This document shows positions 26,502 to 35,619 of a stretch of DNA of 44,941 nucleotides, piece after piece. A program made the translations under genes and the position numbers. Where the stretch lies: assembly GCA_900617105.1 (NCBI GenBank), contig UYFQ01000032.1, forward strand, positions 806,001 through 850,941, written 5' to 3'. Origin of the DNA: Hydrurus foetidus. Lineage: Eukaryota. The notes under the pieces are model-generated. The model was not told the origin of the DNA. It made no database searches and saw nothing but the letters and a program-made list of their open reading frames with translations. Within the stretch, counting starts at the first letter, position 1. Each line of letters starts with the position of its first letter.

Positions 26502-27956
26502 ATGAAGCTGCGATACACCCTGTTACTGCTGCCTTTTGGGCTCTTAGCGTGCAGCACGCCAGCGCCACCAGCTAGCGTTTCGATAGCACCCCCCACCCAA
26601 TGGCAAGCGCCGGTGCCTGCAGCCACAGGCTTGCCGCACAACGGCCAGCTCAGCGATTTGACCCAGTGGTGGCAGCGCTTTGACGACCCGCTGCTGCTGT
26701 CGCTGATTGACGCGGCACAGCAAGTCAGCCCCACCGTCGCCAGCGCCGTCTCTCGCCTCGCACAGGCCCAAGCCACTCAAGCGCACGCCGCTGCCCTGCT
26801 GCGCCCGCAGTTGGATTTGAACGCCAGCACCAGCAGAGGCCGCCAAACCTCGCTGCCCGGCGCCCCGCTGGCCACCCAAGCGCTGACCCGGCTGCAAACC
26901 AGCTGGGAGACCGATCTGTTCGGTGCCCTGGCCGCCACCCGCAATGCCGCACAAGCCCGCACCACCGGTGCACAAGCCCAGTGGCACGAGGCACGGGTGG
27001 CCGTGGCAGCCGAGGTAGCCAACCTGTACTTTGACTGGCGCACCTGTAGCGCCTTGCGGGATATTGCCCTGGCAGACAGCCAATCCCGCGCCGTGACCGC
27101 CCGCTTGACCCAGCGCAGCGCTGAAGCCGGACTGACCGCCCCCGCCATGGCCGCAGTCGCCAGGGCCAGCGCCGCTGAGGGCAACATCCGCCTGACCCAG
27201 CAGCAAGCCCAGTGCGACACCACCTTGAAAGGCTTGGTGGCGCTGACCGGCATGGATGAACCGAACTTGCAACAAAAACTGCTGTCATCGCTTACCAAGC
27301 AAGCAACACCAGCTGCGTTTTCTATAGCAATCATCCCTGCACTTGCCCTGACCCAGCGTCCTGACCTGTTCAACGCGGAGCGTGAAGTCGCCGCCGCCAG
27401 CTTTGAAGTCGGCAACGCCCAAGCCGAACGCTACCCGCGCCTGACGCTCAGCGGCAGTGTGGGGCGACTCAACCTGCGCACCGGCAACACCAGCTTTGAC
27501 GTGAGCACCTGGAGCGTAGGCCCGCTCGCGGTGACGTTCCCGATACTCGACGGTGGCCGCTACGCCGCCAACTTGGCCGGTGCCCAAGCCCGCTACACAG
27601 AAGCCGCTGCCGCCTACCGCGCCCGCGCCCGCCAAGCCGTGCGCGAAGTCGAAGAAGCCCTGGTCGCCCTGCACAGCGCCAACACAAGGCAGCACGAACT
27701 GCGCACCGCCGCTGACGCTTACGCCGCTGCGTTCAATGCGGTGCAACGCAGCTATGGCAGCGGTCTGGGCAGCTTGGCCGACCTCGAAGACGCGCGGCGT
27801 ACCCACCTTGCCGCGCAAAGCGCCCCCCTCACTATCGAGCGCGAACGCCTCAGCGCCTGGATTGCGCTGTACCGCGCCGTCGGTGGCGGCTGGACGCAAC
27901 CACCGGCGGACGCCAGCGCTACTGCTACTGCCACAGCCCCCCAGGTCACGCCATGA
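26502..27956 (+). CDS. RND efflux outer-membrane factor (OprM/NodT-type lipoprotein)
   Basis: Lipobox LLAC; WWQRFDDP.L..LI; SWETDLFG; RPDL..AE; YP.LTLSGS; LYRAVGGGW. Confidence 0.9.
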   Translation: MKLRYTLLLLPFGLLACSTPAPPASVSIAPPTQWQAPVPAATGLPHNGQLSDLTQWWQRFDDPLLLSLIDAAQQVSPTVASAVSRLAQAQATQAHAAALLRPQLDLNASTSRGRQTSLPGAPLATQALTRLQTSWETDLFGALAATRNAAQARTTGAQAQWHEARVAVAAEVANLYFDWRTCSALRDIALADSQSRAVTARLTQRSAEAGLTAPAMAAVARASAAEGNIRLTQQQAQCDTTLKGLVALTGMDEPNLQQKLLSSLTKQATPAAFSIAIIPALALTQRPDLFNAEREVAAASFEVGNAQAERYPRLTLSGSVGRLNLRTGNTSFDVSTWSVGPLAVTFPILDGGRYAANLAGAQARYTEAAAAYRARARQAVREVEEALVALHSANTRQHELRTAADAYAAAFNAVQRSYGSGLGSLADLEDARRTHLAAQSAPLTIERERLSAWIALYRAVGGGWTQPPADASATATATAPQVTP

Positions 27957-29056
27957 AACACCCGTCAACAGCATCGTCAGTTACTCCTTTTTTGATAGCT
28001 TTATGCGCATCATTCATATGCGCTACAAGCCATTCTGAGCCTACAAAATCCGCTACAGCAGCCAAACCCGCCCTCACCGTCACCACCGCCAAACCGCAAA
28101 CCACCAGCCTGAGCCTGCAACTCAGCGCCAACGGCAGCATCGCCGCTTGGCAAGAGGCCCTCATAGGCGCACAGGCCAACGGCTTGCCACTGCGCGATGT
28201 CAACGTGAACGTAGGCGACTGGGTGCGCAAAGGCCAGGTACTGGCCAGCTTTGCTGCGGAAACCGTAGCAACAGATGCCCAGCAGGCCAGTGCCACGCTG
28301 GCAGAAGCCCAAGCCAACGCGGCTGAGGCCAGCATCACCGCCGCCCGTGCCCGCAGCCTGCAAGGCAGCGACGCGCTGAGCGCCCAGCAAATCACCCAGT
28401 ACGCCACCGCTGAGAAAACCACACAAGCCCGCGCCGATGCCGCCCAGGCCAACGCCCGTGCCCAGCAACTGCGCGTCAACCAAGCCCAAGTTCTGGCTCC
28501 CGACAGCGGCGTGATCTCGGCCCGCAGCGCTACCGTAGGTGCCGTGGTGGCCAGCGGGACGGAGTTGTTCCGCATGGTGCGTCAAGGCAGGTTGGAATGG
28601 CGTGCCGAAGTCACCTCCAGCGAACTCGCCCGCCTCAAACCCGGCCTGCTCGCCACGGTGACGGCTGCCAGCGGCGCACAAGTCAAAGGCAAAGTGCGGA
28701 TGATCGCGCCCACCGTGGATCCGCAAACCCGCTCAGCCCTGGTCTACGTGGACATTCCGCCCATGACCGCTGGCAGCCAAATCCTGCCAGGGATGTTCGC
28801 CAAAGGGGTGTTTGAGTTTGGTGCGTCGAACGGGCTGACCGTCCCCCAGCAAGCCGTGGTGATCCGCGACGGCTTTGCCTACGTGTTCCGCCTGAATGCA
28901 GACAACCATGTGCTGCAAACCAAGGTGCAAACCGGGAGGCGCAGCGGCACGCAGGTCGAAATCGTCAGCGGGCTGAAAGCCGAAGACGCGGTGGTCGTCA
29001 CCGGCGCGGGGTTTTTGAACGATGGCGATCTGGTCAAAGTGGTTGCCGCGAAGTAA
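27953..29056 (+). CDS. RND efflux membrane fusion protein
   Basis: V.VGD.VRKGQVLA; APDSGVI; PTVDPQTRS; PGMFA; VP..AV; GL...DAVV..GA. ATGA coupling to the OMF gene. Confidence 0.9.
   Translation: MKHPSTASSVTPFLIALCASFICATSHSEPTKSATAAKPALTVTTAKPQTTSLSLQLSANGSIAAWQEALIGAQANGLPLRDVNVNVGDWVRKGQVLASFAAETVATDAQQASATLAEAQANAAEASITAARARSLQGSDALSAQQITQYATAEKTTQARADAAQANARAQQLRVNQAQVLAPDSGVISARSATVGAVVASGTELFRMVRQGRLEWRAEVTSSELARLKPGLLATVTAASGAQVKGKVRMIAPTVDPQTRSALVYVDIPPMTAGSQILPGMFAKGVFEFGASNGLTVPQQAVVIRDGFAYVFRLNADNHVLQTKVQTGRRSGTQVEIVSGLKAEDAVVVTGAGFLNDGDLVKVVAAK
27983..28036 (+). repeat. Dispersed GCT-N10-YAGCW element, copy in the MFP N-terminus
   Basis: ACTCCTTTTTTGATAGCT core plus GCGCAT/ATGCGC hairpin tail; aligns closely with the copy at 40739-40791. 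Confidence 0.6.
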
Positions 29057-29065
29057 GCCCACCCT

Positions 29066-32000
29066 ATGAATTTCTCCGCCTACTCCATCAAAAACCCCAT
29101 CCCAGCGATCATGCTGTTCGTGCTGCTGACGCTGGCCGGGCTGCTGGCGTTCAAGGCGAATGTGGTGCAGGATTTCCCCGACATTGAACTGCCCATCGTC
29201 ACCGTGACGGCCAGCCTGCCCGGTGCTGCCCCGGCGCAGCTGGAAACCGAAGTCGCCCGCAAGATTGAAGACTCCGTTGCCACGCTGCAAGGCTTGAAAA
29301 ACCTCTACACCACGGTGCTGGACGGCGAAGTCACCCTCACCGCTGAATTCGTCCTGGAAAAAAACCTCTCTGATGCCGTCAACGAGGTGCGCGATGCCGT
29401 GGCCCGCGTGCGGGCCGAGTTGCCCAGCGACCTGCGTGACCCGACCGTCACCAAAGCCTCCACCGCAGGCCGCGTGGTGCTGACCTTCACCGCGCAGTCA
29501 AACCAACTCGACGCGCAAGAACTCAGCTGGTTCGTGGACAACACTGTTGCCAAACGCCTGCTGTCCGTGCCCGGACTGGGGGCTATCAAGCGCCGGGGCG
29601 GGGCCAACCGGGAAGTCCGCGTCGAGCTGAACGCCGACAAGATGGCCGCCTTTGGCCTCACCGCCATCGACGTGTCCCACCGCCTGCGCTTGGTGCAGCA
29701 AGACGCGCCCGGCGGGCGTGGCGACGTGAGCGGGGCTGAGCAAGCGGTGCGCACCCTGGCCACCGCCAAAACCGCGCAAGAACTCGCCACGCTGGACATC
29801 CCGCTGGCCGATGGCCGCCACATCCGCCTTGACCAGTTCGCCACCGTCACCGACACCGTGGCCGAGCCGCGTGCGCTGGCGCTGCAAGACGGCAAGCCGG
29901 TGGTGGGCTTTGAGGTGTTCCGCAGCAAAGGCGCGAGCGAGGTGGACGTGGCGCTGGGGGCACGTGCCGCCGTGGCCGAGTTGCAGGCCGCCAACCCCAA
30001 CGTCACTTTGACTCAGGTGATCGACAACGCCCAGCCGGTGGAAGAAAACTTCGCCGGTTCGATGGAGCTTTTGTACGAAGGTGCCGCGCTGGCCGTGCTG
30101 GTGGTGCTCTGGTTTTTGCGCGACTGGCGGGCCACGCTGGTGGCCGCTGCGGCGTTGCCGCTGTCCGTCATCCCCGCCTTTTTGGGCATCAAATGGTTTG
30201 GCTACAGCATCAACACGGTGACGCTGCTGTCGCTGGCGCTGGTGGTGGGCGTGCTGGTGGACGACGCGATTGTCGAAATCGAAAACATAGAACGCCATCT
30301 GCGCATGGGCAAAACCCCGAGGCAAGCGGCGTTGGAAGCGGCGGATGAGATCGGCATGGCGGTGATCGCCACCACCTTCGCCTTAGTAGCGGTGTTTTTG
30401 CCCACGGCGTTCATGGGCGGCATACCAGGCTTGTTTTTCAAGCAGTTTGGCTGGACGGCGGTGCTGGCGATTTTGGCCTCGCTCTTGGTGGCACGCCTGC
30501 TGACCCCCATGATGGCAGCGTACCTGATGAAGCCGCATGCTTCTAAATCAGGAGCAAATAATACCGCCCCAGAAAGCAGTGAAGACAGTTTTATCATGCA
30601 AAAGTACCTCGCCTCCGTGCGCTGGTGCCTGCACCACCGTTGGGTGACGGCCATCGCCTCTTTGGCGTTCTTTGTCGGTTCACTGATGCTTGTGCCGCTG
30701 TTGCCCACCGGCTTTGTACCCCCAGCGGACAGGGCACAAACCCAGATCAATCTGGAATTACCCCCCGGCAGCACGCTGAACGACACCCTGGCCGTGGCCG
30801 AAGCCGCCCGGACGGCGGCGATGCAGGTCAAAGGCATCACCGGCGTGTTCAGCTCGGTGGGGGGCGGCTCCAGCGGCGATGCTTTCGCGCCCGGTGCAGC
30901 GGCAGAGGCCCGGCGGGCCGTGCTGACGCTGACCACCGTTCACCGCACAGAGCGCCCCGAATCGCTGCAAACGCTGGAATCGGACATCCGCACGCGCCTG
31001 TCTGACATCCCTGGCGCCCGCTTCCAAGTCGGCCCGCCCGACACCGGCGTGAAGATGCAACTGGTGCTCAAAAGCACCGACCCGCTGCTGTTGAATGAAA
31101 CCGCCAAACAGGTGGAACGCGAACTGCGCACCCTGCAAGGGGTAGGCAACGTCAGCAGCAGCGCGTCCTTGGTGCGCCCTGAGATCATCGTGCGGCCCGA
31201 CTTCGCCAAAGCCGCTGACCTGGGTGTCACCGCCGCCAGCATCGGCGAGACGGTGCGTGTGGCGACGGCGGGCGACTACGACATCAACCTGCCCAAGCTC
31301 AACCTGACGGAACGCCAAGTGCTGATCCGCGTCAAGCTGCCCGACGCGGTGCGGGCCGATTTGGCGCAACTGGAACGGCTCACGGTGCCCGGCAAATCCG
31401 GCCCCGTGATGCTCGCCACCGTCGCCACCCTCACCTTAGACTCGGGCCCGGCCCAAATCGACCGCCTGAACCGCAGCCGCAACGTCACCTTTGACGTGGA
31501 ACTCGGCAGCCGCCAGCTGGGCGAAGTCAACGAAGAAGCCCGCGCCCTGCCCGCCCTGAAAAACCTGCCCCCGAACGTGCAAATTGCCGAGTTGGGCGAC
31601 GCCCAAGAGATGCAAGCCCTGTTCGCCAACTTTGGCGTGGCGATGGCGATTGGCGTGCTGTGCATCTACGGCGTGCTGGTGCTGCTGTTCCACGATGTGA
31701 TGCAGCCCCTGACGATCTTGGCCGCCCTGCCTTTGAGCATTGGCGGCGCGTTTGTCGCCCTGCTGCTGACGGGCAAAGCACTCTCGATGCCGTCAATGAT
31801 CGGCCTCATCATGCTGATGGGCATCGTCACCAAAAACTCGATTTTGCTGGTGGACTACGCGATTTTGGCCAGAGCTGCGGGCATGAACCGCTTCGACGCG
31901 CTGGTCGATGCCTGCCACAAACGCAGCCGCCCGATTGTGATGACCACCATCGCGATGGGTGCAGGCATGCTGCCTCTCGCCCTGGGCTGGGGCGCAGACC

Positions 32001-32161
32001 CGAGCTTTCGCAGCCCGATGGCCGTGGCAGTGATTGGCGGGTTAATTACCTCAACGCTACTGAGTCTGCTGGTGGTGCCTGCGGTGTTCACGTTTGTGGA
32101 CGATATGGCGCTGGGGGTGCGGCGGGTATTCAAAGCAAAACCCGATCGTCATGAACAATGA
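29066..32161 (+). CDS. RND efflux permease (AcrB/MdtB-like)
   Basis: 1031 aa; QDFPDI; proton-relay motifs GVLVDDAIVEIENI, GIVTKNSILLVDY and RPIVMTT are intact. Confidence 0.93.
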   Translation: MNFSAYSIKNPIPAIMLFVLLTLAGLLAFKANVVQDFPDIELPIVTVTASLPGAAPAQLETEVARKIEDSVATLQGLKNLYTTVLDGEVTLTAEFVLEKNLSDAVNEVRDAVARVRAELPSDLRDPTVTKASTAGRVVLTFTAQSNQLDAQELSWFVDNTVAKRLLSVPGLGAIKRRGGANREVRVELNADKMAAFGLTAIDVSHRLRLVQQDAPGGRGDVSGAEQAVRTLATAKTAQELATLDIPLADGRHIRLDQFATVTDTVAEPRALALQDGKPVVGFEVFRSKGASEVDVALGARAAVAELQAANPNVTLTQVIDNAQPVEENFAGSMELLYEGAALAVLVVLWFLRDWRATLVAAAALPLSVIPAFLGIKWFGYSINTVTLLSLALVVGVLVDDAIVEIENIERHLRMGKTPRQAALEAADEIGMAVIATTFALVAVFLPTAFMGGIPGLFFKQFGWTAVLAILASLLVARLLTPMMAAYLMKPHASKSGANNTAPESSEDSFIMQKYLASVRWCLHHRWVTAIASLAFFVGSLMLVPLLPTGFVPPADRAQTQINLELPPGSTLNDTLAVAEAARTAAMQVKGITGVFSSVGGGSSGDAFAPGAAAEARRAVLTLTTVHRTERPESLQTLESDIRTRLSDIPGARFQVGPPDTGVKMQLVLKSTDPLLLNETAKQVERELRTLQGVGNVSSSASLVRPEIIVRPDFAKAADLGVTAASIGETVRVATAGDYDINLPKLNLTERQVLIRVKLPDAVRADLAQLERLTVPGKSGPVMLATVATLTLDSGPAQIDRLNRSRNVTFDVELGSRQLGEVNEEARALPALKNLPPNVQIAELGDAQEMQALFANFGVAMAIGVLCIYGVLVLLFHDVMQPLTILAALPLSIGGAFVALLLTGKALSMPSMIGLIMLMGIVTKNSILLVDYAILARAAGMNRFDALVDACHKRSRPIVMTTIAMGAGMLPLALGWGADPSFRSPMAVAVIGGLITSTLLSLLVVPAVFTFVDDMALGVRRVFKAKPDRHEQ

Positions 32162-32526
32162 AATACGCACCCGTTATTTTTTTCTTGTGGATTTCACTTA
32201 ATGTTGCCGCTGAAAACTGCGGCACAAGCTTGCCCGATCTCTGCGCTCAAAGGCTGGCTTTTGACCGATTCAAACAAGCTGATGCCGATCTGAACCACGA
32301 ATTCCATCGCGTTATCAGGTCATCGCAAGGTAGCCGTCGCCAGCGCTTGATTGAAAGTCAAATCGAGTGGAATGCAGCGATCAGATACGACGGTTGCGCG
32401 AAGCGCACAGAGGAAGAGTGGGAAGGCACTTGCCCAATAACTTGGTGCATCGTGGCAGAACAAGAATGCCAAATCGAAGCTACAAAAACTCGCACCCTCG
32501 AACTGCGCAGACTGAGTCGTCGTTAG
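32158..32526 (+). CDS. Secreted Cys-rich protein, DUF1311/LprI-like
   Basis: Signal peptide; C....ADADLN; LIESQIEW...R...C; C....T..RT.EL pattern; six Cys. ATGA overlap with the RND stop. Confidence 0.65.
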   Translation: MKYAPVIFFLWISLNVAAENCGTSLPDLCAQRLAFDRFKQADADLNHEFHRVIRSSQGSRRQRLIESQIEWNAAIRYDGCAKRTEEEWEGTCPITWCIVAEQECQIEATKTRTLELRRLSRR

Positions 32527-32729
32527 AGTGCCTCGCAAGCCCCATCATTGGTGTTGTCCCTGGCCTGAGTCATTTCGGCAATGTCGTCTTCAGTCAACCC
32601 TTCCTCCTCAGCCAGCGTCCCCATGCCGTCTAACGTTTTCCGCAAGGCATCGCCCGCCCTCTTGCCGCGCAAAGGGTGGGCTTCACTCATCAGTTTGGCA
32701 AGCTCGTAGGGAATGGTTTGCATCATCAC
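32523..32729 (-). CDS. Small acidic hypothetical protein (68 aa), possibly an antitoxin-like fragment
   Basis: Start overlaps the rfaE2 stop (ATGA). Fills the gap. AEEEGLTEDDIAEM helix. Confidence 0.4.
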   Translation of the reverse strand: MMMQTIPYELAKLMSEAHPLRGKRAGDALRKTLDGMGTLAEEEGLTEDDIAEMTQARDNTNDGACEAL

Positions 32730-33271
32730 CCCTCGCTCCGAATCTTCTTCACCAGCGCCGTCGTCGAGTACCCGTCGACAAAGGCAATCGTCATCGCCAC
32801 GCCACCATACGCTTGCACGACCTTCGCCTCGGCCAGCAGGGCCATGTCGTAGTCGCCGCCTTTAACCAGCACGTCGGGGCGCAGTTCGGTGATGAGTTCC
32901 AGGGGGGTGTCTTCGTCGAACCAAGTGACCACACTGACGGATTCCAGCGCGGCGATGACCATCGCGCGGTCGGTCTGGGCGTTCAGGGGGCGGTCGGGGC
33001 CTTTGCCCAGGCGCTTGGCGGAGGCGTCGGTGTTGAGGGCGACGATGAGACTGCCAGCCTCTCCAGCCAAGGCCCGCGCTTGGGCCAGGTAGCTCACATG
33101 GCCTCGGTGCAGCACGTCGAAGACACCGTTGGTGAAGACAATGGGGCGGGGCAGCGAGGCCAAGCGCTCACGCAGATGGGGGCGTTCGCAGAGTTTTCGG
33201 GTGAACAGGGGATACCCAGACTGAGGGGCGTGAGTGAGGGCAGAAGAGGAAAGGTGAGGCACAGCGTTCAT
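32726..33271 (-). CDS. rfaE2: D-glycero-beta-D-manno-heptose-1-phosphate adenylyltransferase (stand-alone RfaE domain II / HldC)
   Basis: VFTNGVFDVLHRGHV.YL; NTDAS..RLGKGPDRP; F.EDTP; PDVLVKGGDY; YSTT. Confidence 0.93.
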   Translation of the reverse strand: MNAVPHLSSSALTHAPQSGYPLFTRKLCERPHLRERLASLPRPIVFTNGVFDVLHRGHVSYLAQARALAGEAGSLIVALNTDASAKRLGKGPDRPLNAQTDRAMVIAALESVSVVTWFDEDTPLELITELRPDVLVKGGDYDMALLAEAKVVQAYGGVAMTIAFVDGYSTTALVKKIRSEG

Positions 33272-33365
33272 GGCGGAATGCTAGCAGGATGGCAGCTGAA
33301 TACCCACCCTACCCCGGTAGACCCGGATAACCATACGCGACATATTGACTCATAATCGCCAAAGA

Positions 33366-34598
33366 ATGAAACTCGCCACCGTCAGCTTTAATACGATCCC
33401 TCTGGGGCGCCCTTTACCTTTCGCGCTGCGTACCGCAGATGGCATATTGTTGGCCAGCAAAGGTTATGTTTTCACCGAGCGCGAAGCACTGGACACGCTG
33501 GCTGCGCACGGCACGCTGTACGTAGACGAAGATGAGTCCAAGCTTTACCGCCGGCAGATGGCATCGCAAATCAACGCATTGGTCAACAACCAAGACACGA
33601 CCCTGGGGCAAATTGCGGAATCCCGGCTCTCGACCATTGAATTACAGTACGGCGCGGGTGGCGGCGGTGCGGTAGAGGAACAACCTGTAGACAACGATGC
33701 GCCCATCGACTGGCTGGACATGCAAAGCCGTGCCAATTCGCTGATGCGCGACCCCAACAGCCTGCGCTTTTTGCACCGCCTTGACCGCTTGCACAAAGAC
33801 CTGAGCACCATCGCCAAGCGTAACCCTGACACCATTTTGTTCGCGTTGATTCACCTCACCGCCAGCGAAACCCTGTTTTACAGCGCCACCCATGCGATGC
33901 TGGTGTGTGTGATGTGCTCGTTAGCAGCGCGTGATGTGTTGAACTGGTCGCCAGAGTTAGAAACCGCAATGGCGCGAGCCTCGCTAACGATGAACATCTC
34001 TATGACGGAGCTGCAAGATCAGCTCTCAGGCCAGCATGCGGCACCGTCGCCCGACCAGCGTCGGCAGATTGATTCGCACCCTTCGCGCTCGGTAGAGATT
34101 TTGCAAAAACGCGGTGTCACTGACCCGGTATGGCTAGGGGCAGTGCTGCACCACCACATCGCGGTATCGGGGCCGTTGGCAGGGCGTATTCCGACGCATC
34201 AAATTGCACGTTTGATACAAAGGGCGGATGGCTTTGCAGCACGGCTTTCACCACGGGCCTCACGCGCACCGATGGCACCATCGGCGGCGATGCAAGCCAC
34301 CTATTTTGACGAAACACGCAAGGTGGACGAAGCAGGTGCCTCGCTCATCAAAGCGGTGGGCATTTACCCACCCGGCTCGTTTGTGAAGCTGGCGAACAAC
34401 GAGATTGCCACAGTGGTTCGGCGCGGCATCAATACACTGACCCCGCGTGTGGCGGTACTGGTGAACAAACAGGGCATGCCGATGGTAGAACCCGCGATTC
34501 GCGATACACGCATGCCTGAGCACCGCATTGTGGCCAGCGTGAGCTACAAAGACATCAAAGTACGCTCAGACCTGGTGCGCTTGCTGGCGCTGACTTGA
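33366..34598 (+). CDS. HD-GYP-like domain protein with degenerate catalytic motifs
   Basis: YSATH; HP.RS; VLHHH; RADGFAARLSPR; GIYPPGSFVKLANNEIA.V tail typical of HD-GYP proteins. HD is replaced by MN and no GYP motif is present. Confidence 0.7.
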   Translation: MKLATVSFNTIPLGRPLPFALRTADGILLASKGYVFTEREALDTLAAHGTLYVDEDESKLYRRQMASQINALVNNQDTTLGQIAESRLSTIELQYGAGGGGAVEEQPVDNDAPIDWLDMQSRANSLMRDPNSLRFLHRLDRLHKDLSTIAKRNPDTILFALIHLTASETLFYSATHAMLVCVMCSLAARDVLNWSPELETAMARASLTMNISMTELQDQLSGQHAAPSPDQRRQIDSHPSRSVEILQKRGVTDPVWLGAVLHHHIAVSGPLAGRIPTHQIARLIQRADGFAARLSPRASRAPMAPSAAMQATYFDETRKVDEAGASLIKAVGIYPPGSFVKLANNEIATVVRRGINTLTPRVAVLVNKQGMPMVEPAIRDTRMPEHRIVASVSYKDIKVRSDLVRLLALT

Positions 34599-35447
34599 CG
34601 CGACCAGCACGTCTTTGGCAACTTCTTGAGTGATCTCTTTACGGTAGCGGTTGAGTTCCTGCACGGTTTTGAAACTGCGGTCAAACAGCAAACTCAGGTT
34701 GTGCAGGATGCGGTCTATAACTTTACCTTCCCACGCCGCATCAAAATTGATTTGACAGTCTAACCAGTGTGCCATCCACTCCGGGTTAGGCACGCGGCTT
34801 TGTACTGTGTCACGCGGAAACAGGCTTTTGTTCACATGCAAATTGGTGGGGTGCAGCGCTTGCGCGGTGCGGCGGGCACTGGCCATCAGCACACCGACTT
34901 TGCTGAACGCAGCTTTGGCCTCACCCCCGACATTGGTGATAGCACGCTTCATGTACCTCAGGTACGCGCCACCGTGGCGGGCTTCGTCTTGGCTCAGGGT
35001 GGTGTAGATTTTTTTGATAACGGGCTCTGTGTGCCACTCAGCGGCACGGCGGTACCAGTGGTTGAGGCGAATTTCGCCGCAAAAATGCAGCATCAGCGTC
35101 TCTAGCGCGGGCGCTGGGTCGAACTCAAAACGCACCTCATGCAACTCAGCTTCAGTAGGCACCAGCTCAGGACGAAAGCGGCGCAGGTACTCCATCAGCA
35201 CCAGCGAATGCTTTTGCTCTTCAAAAAACCAGATGGACAAGAAGGCGCAGAAATCGCTGTCATCGCGGTTGTCGCGCAGGAACATCTCAGTAGCGGGCAG
35301 TGCCGCCCATTCTGTGATCGCGTTCATCTTGATGGTTTGGGCCTGTTCGTCGGTCAAATTGTCCGGCTCGAACGTACCCCATGGGATATCTTTGTCCATG
35401 TTCCATCGGACTGCTTCCAACTGTTTGAACAGCTCGGGATAAAGCAT
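34566..35447 (-). CDS. Ferritin-like di-iron protein (acyl-ACP desaturase-like fold)
   Basis: ITEW...EEQKH and GE...DEARH carboxylate/His ligand pattern; RWNMDKDIPW N-terminus. Start uncertain (35447, 35504 or 35528). Confidence 0.82.
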   Translation of the reverse strand: MLYPELFKQLEAVRWNMDKDIPWGTFEPDNLTDEQAQTIKMNAITEWAALPATEMFLRDNRDDSDFCAFLSIWFFEEQKHSLVLMEYLRRFRPELVPTEAELHEVRFEFDPAPALETLMLHFCGEIRLNHWYRRAAEWHTEPVIKKIYTTLSQDEARHGGAYLRYMKRAITNVGGEAKAAFSKVGVLMASARRTAQALHPTNLHVNKSLFPRDTVQSRVPNPEWMAHWLDCQINFDAAWEGKVIDRILHNLSLLFDRSFKTVQELNRYRKEITQEVAKDVLVASSQRQQAHQV

Positions 35448-35619
35448 TGGCACAGTGGATGTTGCAGGTACTGAAGACATAGCAGTGGTTATAGCGGTGG
35501 TCATGGCGGATAGTTCAAAGCGTCGCAATTTTTTATTCTATGCAATCCGGCACCTTCTGTGCGTGGCCGTCTGCAGGTCGACCACACACAAATTTCAGTT
35601 CTCCCACACCATCACAGCC

